DNA from: Octopus vulgaris
Lineage: Eukaryota
Direction: 5' to 3'
NCBI GenBank assembly: GCA_951406725.2
Contig: OX597815.1
Span: 197,966,001-198,030,000 of the forward strand
Length of the DNA: 64,000 nucleotides
This document shows positions 56,857 to 64,000 of the stretch, in pieces; the first letter of the stretch is position 1; each line of letters begins with the position of its first letter. Made by a program: the position numbers and the translations under genes. The notes under the pieces are model-generated. The model saw only the letters and a program-made list of their open reading frames with translations, was not told where the DNA came from and searched no databases.

Positions 56857-57070
56857 TTTGTACTTGTTTCAGTCATTTGACTGCGGCCATGCTGGAGCAC
56901 CGCCTTTAGAGTGGTGAAAGAGTACAGCAGGGATCACCACCATCCCCTGCCGGAGCCTCGTGGAGCTTTTAGGTGTTTTCGCTCAATAAACACACACAAC
57001 GCCCGGTCTGGGAATCGAAACCGCGATCCTCCGACCGCAAGTCTGCTGCCCTAACCACTGGCCATTGCGC
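56840..57070 (-). mobile_element. Chimeric SINE: tRNA-like family D head with family A tail
   Basis: GCGCAATGGCCCAGTGGTTAGGGCAGCAGACTTGCGGTC...GGTTTCGATTCCC joined to GGCGGTGCTCCAGCATGGCCGCAGTC and poly(A). Confidence 0.85.
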
Positions 57071-57091
57071 CCAGGGCTTCCACGGGCCGCG

Positions 57092-57197
<106 letters not shown>

Positions 57198-58025
57198 AGA
57201 GTTATATATAGGGAGTTCATGGCTCAAAGTAGTATTTGTTTTGAATAGGATTTGATTGATAGATGTGAAAGTCATATGACTAGTCGTAGAATGTTTTATA
57301 AGTTCATGACTAAGTCTGTGTGTAAGTATCAAGTAACAATATTTGGCGTCGTAAGACAACTACAGTTGTCTGAAAAAGTAGAAACAATTAATGATCTGAA
57401 TGTGTTCAGTCAAGTGTCTGTCGAAAATGAACACATGATTAATTTTCTGAAATTTTCTGCGTTTTGAAATCGATTTAAAGTTTTCTTTGATGGAATTTGA
57501 TCTTAGCCGTAATAGATGGGTTCCCATTCTCAATTTGTCAAGAACCATCTTTTCTCAAACTTTTTGTTTTTACTCGGGTTCATTAGCGATAAGTTTTATT
57601 CCTAATTTCTTTGGGATGATGATCGGCCATTCCACTTTTCACATATTTCCGCGTTGCCATTATTTTTAATGAAGTTACAAACGGCAAAGTAGTTTTACAT
57701 AACTTGTTGAGAATTTGGATATAGTGATTTGATTATAATTAAAACACGTACACTCAACGGTGTCGGCCTTCTATTTTACGCAGAAAATATATTGTCAAGT
57801 GACACTAATGCACGGACGCAGCGAGAAACGTACAAAAGTTATAAACTTAATCATACGTTCATTCTCTACAAACACGTGATGTTGAAATTCCAATGAAGCT
57901 GTCTTGGACCCAGATTAGAAACCGGGTCATTCTCTATCGACAAGAAATCTTTAAAAACAATGAATAATCACATACATGCATACGTTCTTACTCACATGGG
58001 GACGTACTTGCAAAAATATATAATT

Positions 58026-58077
<52 letters not shown>

Positions 58078-58589
58078 TGATACAATTTAAAGTTTAAATT
58101 TTAGACAGACAGTAATTAAAAATGAAGGAAACCTATTGTATATGCTTACACCCTAGAGAAATATTAAAGCTTGCAAGTGATTATTGAATAATAAAATGGA
58201 CACCTTTTTCAGTGAATGCTTAGATATCCCGAGCTTTACAAATAGCACTAAAGTTTGTTTATTAAGTATAGTGTTTGCAAAGTATAGTGTAAACGCATTG
58301 CTACTCGTTAAGACTGTAGAGTTATTATTTTGTTACTACATATACGTAAATATACATATAAATACAGACAGGGACTTAGTCGAACGTGCACCGATTGAGC
58401 GGTCCTCATTGACTAGTTTGAGTGATACTTGAAGTGGCCGTGGCAAGTTGCCCTTGTGTCACCATGCGTGCGTACTCTACGCGCTCTTCCTGCAGCATGA
58501 AGTGGATTTTAAGTCTTATCTCTAGCAATGTAGACGGCTCGGCGTCTTAGGTCCCACTTAATGACAAGTATATATATATATATATATGT

Positions 58590-58720
58590 AAAAATAAATA
58601 CAAACTGGGACAAGAACGCAAAACATTTAGAAGACGATACAAAAAACACTGACGGGAGACTCGAAGCCTTCAATCTTCAGTCAAGAACCGGCTCATCCTC
58701 GCAATTTCGGCTGATTAATA
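58590..58720. repeat. (TA)n-flanked short element fragment
   Basis: Complex 130-bp insert between two TA tracts; single copy in this window. Confidence 0.4.
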
Positions 58721-58791
58721 TATATATATACACGCAATAAGTTTATGTATGTATATATATATGTGAATATATATATGCATGTATGCAAATT

Positions 58792-58848
<57 letters not shown>

Positions 58849-58892
58849 CTATACATGTATGCATATATTATATATATATATGCATATATATA

Positions 58893-58934
<42 letters not shown>

Positions 58935-59675
58935 GATTTTGACCTTACGAGAATGCATGTGAGTTTCTAGTTCAGTGTGTGTACTCGTATAGATATGGCT
59001 GTGTATTTGTGTGATGTTGTAGTTTTCTGTATCCAAGGAAATGGTATTCGAGTATAGTATTCTAATGGTAATGTAATTCCTTGGTGTTTTATATTACTTG
59101 CTCATGTTTTGTAGCTGATATTATCTATTTGCCAAAACGATGTTGTGACTTTTATATTGATTATACTTGATAAGTGCGGAAATTCGTTGAATATATATGT
59201 GACTACACTTGCTAAATTCACTTCACGGGATTTCACTTTATTATTCATGAAACAGTGAAAGAAAATATCGTTTGTACTATAGAAACACACACAAACACAC
59301 GCACAGACATAAATATGTATAAAAATTACGTCTATATGTATATAATTACATTTGTCAGTTGGTGTATTCGTGTGCGTATTTATACATTTTTCTTGAAATT
59401 AGATACCCACCTACATCATCTATATGAATATATTCAGTATAATTCACACTATATTATATTAACACCAAACATTCTATTGGAAATATGTATTTATTCGTAT
59501 ATATTCGTACACATGTAGAGAGACATTGAAATACTAATAAATAGCGTTTCTAATATACGCGTGCATAAACGGATAAATACATTCATATATTAACATATAT
59601 GTATGCCTGTATGTATACGCACACATGTATGTATGTATATGTATATACGTGAAGATACACACACACATATCCATG

Positions 59676-59707
<32 letters not shown>

Positions 59708-59826
59708 TGTATATGTGTGTCTGTATCCATTCTTCTATGCATCCATGTATATCTATCTACTCACTTTTTATATCATATGTATGTATGCATACATACACAC
59801 ACCCACATCCATATGTATGTACGCAC

Positions 59827-59870
<44 letters not shown>

Positions 59871-59924
59871 TATATAGTAACTACATATATGCATACATAT
59901 ATACGTGTATGTGTGTATACATAT

Positions 59925-60061
<137 letters not shown>

Positions 60062-61499
60062 CTCTTGAGAAGTTTGTTATATAATTATTGCTCTGACCGA
60101 ATAAATTTCATTTAGTGCCGTATGCATTATCGCTTGAAATGTATCATAAAACGAGGTTTCTTTTCCTCTGAATAATATTCATTTCCATTCCACTTTATGT
60201 GTATTCAACTGATGATATGAGTTCTAGACTAATCCTTTCATACTATAAATCTGAAGTATCTTCTTGCCACATTACACATGCTAATGTATTTGTACTACTG
60301 TGCAGCTAATACAAATGTTGGAATTATCCGGAATAACATGATGTATGTAATTTTGTTGGAGTTTGATAATTTTCCGTCTTATATTTTCAGAAAAGTTTCA
60401 CTATCAATTTTCCAATCGAAATTTGAATCGTGGAACATTCTTCATACAAGATTGGTTAAGGTTTTCCATGTATCAATCAAACATTAGCAACAATATATTT
60501 TGTCTCGCTGTATCAGATTTTGGTAAATAATTCACTTTTGCCTGGAGATGCTAAAATGCTTATAGATATTGCATATATGTCATGCTTGTCCTTATTTGAC
60601 TCTACTAGACTTCTTGTCGATTGAAAATAGCTTTAAAAAGTAGGTGGTCAGTATGTTCATTCTTCAATATCAATTGGATATGACCGAAACGTTTTCAAAA
60701 TATGCCAAGCCTTCTTTCAAATACGCATTTCGACAATCAATAACTAATTTGCCTTTGAATTAATTACAACGAAAAATCCTTTCTATTTAATGATTAAATG
60801 TCGAATTATATCGATTAAGTACCATGAACCATGAATATTAATTTATTTATTTCAATTCCCTGAGTGTTTTCCAAAATAGGACGATAGCGTTTGTTTAGAT
60901 AATAAGAATTTTGCCTTCCCACACTCGTTTCAGTAGAGAATCAAATATATTTCTCAAGTTGTGGTAAACGGAAAAATTATCACTTACGCCAAATAGTTTG
61001 TTGTATAATATTTGATGTTCTGTGATATATCACAAAAGACATCTTCAATGTGTGTTACATGCCAGTGATGCTCTCATAATACTATGTATTACGTTAAGCT
61101 TATACGTGCAAATGGTCTGTTTTTCATATTTGTAAGACATCCTGTGTCATAAAATAAAGGGACTGATTTAGGGTGTCTAAGATGTTTCTAAAAGTAGTGT
61201 GTCCTGTTTCATAGGAACATGGGAAATGTGGATTGCAAGGTGTTAGGCAAGTTGGTTTGAGGAATCTAATTGGAAAATACGATCACTTATTTGCTTCACT
61301 CTAAAAGTAATGAGCTATTTTCCTAACGTATTGTATCGATTATTTTCGACTCCAATTATTTCAGTGAACATATAAAATCGATTGACAATACATCTCCGCA
61401 ATATTGTTACACACTTGTGTCAAATGTGGAAGATATATCCTGTAAATATGACATATTTCTCGGTATGTAATAATCAACATATATGAAAATTTTAATTAG

Positions 61500-61715
61500 T
61501 GGAGGTACGTGGCTGAATGATTAGATTCTTGGTGTTTAGGTTGTGGTTTCGGTTCTGGAGTGAGCGACGAGTTGTTTTCTTCAGCAAACCTCTTCATCTA
61601 ACGTTGTTCCAGTCTACTGGGCTGACAAAAATTAGTAATCGTATGATGGACCGACATTTAGCCATGAAACCGGCAGTAATGCGTCGGTGTGCTTCGAGAG
61701 GATAACTTTATCTTT
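61500..61715 (+). mobile_element. Old SINE family C copy
   Basis: GGAGGTACGTGGCTG...GTGGTTTCGGTT...CAAAAATTAGTAA...GATGGACCG. Confidence 0.65.
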
Positions 61716-61819
61716 ACCCTTAACAATTTTATTTCGTATTCATCCTTCGCTGCAATTTGAACCGTTTTTGTTATATCTTATTATCTTAAAATAATGGTAA
61801 TATTTTAAAGAGAAATATA

Positions 61820-61952
61820 TAGGCGCAAGCGACTATTCCAGCGAGGTCAACTTTGCCTTCCATCATTCCGGCGTCGATAAAATAAATGCCACCTGAGTAC
61901 TAGAGTAATAGGCTTATCCCCGAAATTCCTGGCCTTGTGACAAAATTTGAAA
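61820..61952 (+). mobile_element. SINE family B fragment
   Basis: GAGGTCAACTTTGCCTTCCATC...GTCGATAAAATAAAT...GGCCTTGTGACAAAATTTGAAA. Confidence 0.7.
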
Positions 61953-62174
61953 TGAAGAGAACAACTCGCTTACGTTACAATTTATCCTTATATAATTAAC
62001 TTCCATCACTGGTGATAGCAGGTAATATAGAGATAGAGGGTGAATTTATAACTGGATTTTGGATTTATCGACTTACTTTCACCTTTCAAGCGCTTTGATA
62101 ATAAATTTTCTTACTATGTTATCAGTTTTCATATCTAACTAGCCTATGGATATATCTAGATTCTTCTAAACGAT

Positions 62175-62490
62175 TATGTTTGTTGTTGTTTGTTCCTTCG
62201 CGAGCCACGCCTGGCTCATAAGGGCCGGTTTCACGGTGTCATTGGTGTACAGAATCCCCACCTGGACGGGACTCCGGTCCGTCGCAGGTATGCTGCAAGA
62301 TGCAGGAGGAAAGAGTGAGAGAAAGTTGTAGTGAAAGAGTCAGCAGAAGTTCGTCATTATCTTCTACCGGAGCCGCGTGGAACTTAGGTGTTTCGCTCAT
62401 AAACATACACATCGCCCGGTCTGAGATTCGAACCCGCGTTCCCTCGACAGCGAGTCCGCTTCTATAACCACTAGGCCATGTGCCTCCACC
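62175..62490 (-). mobile_element. tRNA-derived SINE family D, full length
   Basis: GGAGGCACATGGCCTAGTGG (A box)...GGGTTCGAATCTC (B box)...CTGCGACGGACCGG...(AAC)n tail. Confidence 0.85.
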
Positions 62491-64000
62491 TAAACGACTA
62501 TACTATGCTGCTATGAAAAATAATGTTTTCGTCTGAAAACTACTAAAATTTATTTTGAGCGTAATATCAACTATAATTACCTGGCAATTATCAAAGACCT
62601 AGGGAAAGACAGTCGTTACACTTAAGTATTTATTGTCAGTAATTTACCGAAAGAATTTACTCTTTCTACAAATAGATTTTCAGTGAACATCAATAACAGT
62701 ATATGCAATACATTCTGTATGTCTTCATTAGAAATATGTAAGAATGTATTGGTCTATATGTTGGGGAATTGCGGACATTAATATTTAGTTATTCTTAGAA
62801 AAATCCCTTTCTGTTGTATTATTTTTAATTATTTGAGTGTTTAAGGAAAAGGGAATTTCGAATTATATCTAGAAATAAACTGGGTTGGTGATATTTGTGA
62901 TAGATCATTAGAAAGTTTATATATAATTTCAATTACAATATTAGAATGATAATTTGCATGAATAAACGGTTGAAGTATTTTTGTCTCCTTTACTTTATAT
63001 ATATGAATATAAAATTCGTAATTCAACGGGGATATTGAAAAAAACGATTGAGTGCATTCACCTTGAATTCATTTATCAAATTGTGTCAATGTCCACCTTC
63101 AACATGATAATTTAAATATAAAACAAGAAATAATTCCTACGTTCCAATCTCTAGACTGTAATGAAATGAGTTCTTTATTGTTAATCTAAAACGTTTAAAA
63201 AGTAGATTTCTCACAGAATCAAGGACATTACCTTCGCTAATTGTACACATAAATAATTATGATTGCATTGAGTCAATATACTTGGCAACTGTATATAAGA
63301 AGTCATTATAGGATTAAGTGAGCGATTAGCAGAGTCTATAACATATTGTAATTATATGACAATACACTCTCCTACAAGCCAAAGAAATTAAATAACACTT
63401 TATAAGTTCATTAAACTCTATTAAGTGATGTGCGAAGATGTATGAAGGTAATTATTTTTAAACCTAATTTTCTGGAGGAATCCGCAAGATTCCTTGATGG
63501 ATAACAAAATCCAAATTTAGGCGAATGACGAGGTATATATTGTTTGCAATCAAATTCAATTAAATTTTCTTCCAACGTTAGTTTTCCCTAATCGATTTCT
63601 ACTATCAACATCAGTTTGTCACAATATGACAGTAAACTAACTCTTACAATTGAACTTCTTATGGGAATAAAAGCCTGTAATTACTTTGAGACATGTGATG
63701 ATGCCATTAAAGACTCAGATCAAGGATAATGATCCCAGTTAATTTAATACCAACAATGCATGAAGCATTGCTATTAGTTAATGCTATAATCATTTCATAT
63801 AGAATTATATTGATGCTAGCCCTGAAATATTGCCTCATAGCCACTAAAAATTGAATGCAGCTAGGGCTGTAATTTAAACCGAATGTTCGGTGAAGTGAAG
63901 CCTAGATTTAAATCTGTTTTTATTGCACATTACACCACATGCATACACACACAAATACACATATGCGCACACACATACACAAAAATGCACACACAAGCAC

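Noticed and set aside
58640-58715. CTGAAGA on the minus strand of a TA-flanked fragment
   Set aside because: No downstream GAAA or stem I pairing, so a ribozyme cannot be supported
60630-60700. GGTCA...TGACC-GAAACGTT
   Set aside because: No recognisable CUGANGA-type core upstream

Overview
AT-rich, repeat-dense animal genomic DNA, intronic or intergenic. The SINE families and the long (TA)n/(CA)n tracts suggest an octopod cephalopod (inference). I could not support any intact host protein-coding gene, and nearly all ORFs in the track are microsatellite artefacts. Conventional content: many tRNA-derived SINEs, two decayed mariner transposons, two non-autonomous Helitrons, two solo LTRs with 5-bp target duplications, CR1/L2- and RTE-type LINE ends and an ~830-bp (AGT)n tract. 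The main signal is a set of at least six distinct families of short non-coding elements, mostly next to (TA)n, each carrying a type I hammerhead-ribozyme (HHR) fold with a palindromic stem III and often arranged as inverted or tandem copies, as in Penelope-like elements and retrozymes. They include (i) a tRNA-headed element whose inverted ribozyme copy starts at the tRNA 5' end (1086-1487); (ii) a 562-bp tandem-plus-foldback array with one HHR per monomer (11269-12888); and (iii) catalytic-core variants: a G3-C8 swap (43283-43332), U3-A8 (49571-49614), C4 (49417-49454) and a family-wide U6 (19163-19200 and relatives). All folds were read by eye and none has been tested for cleavage.
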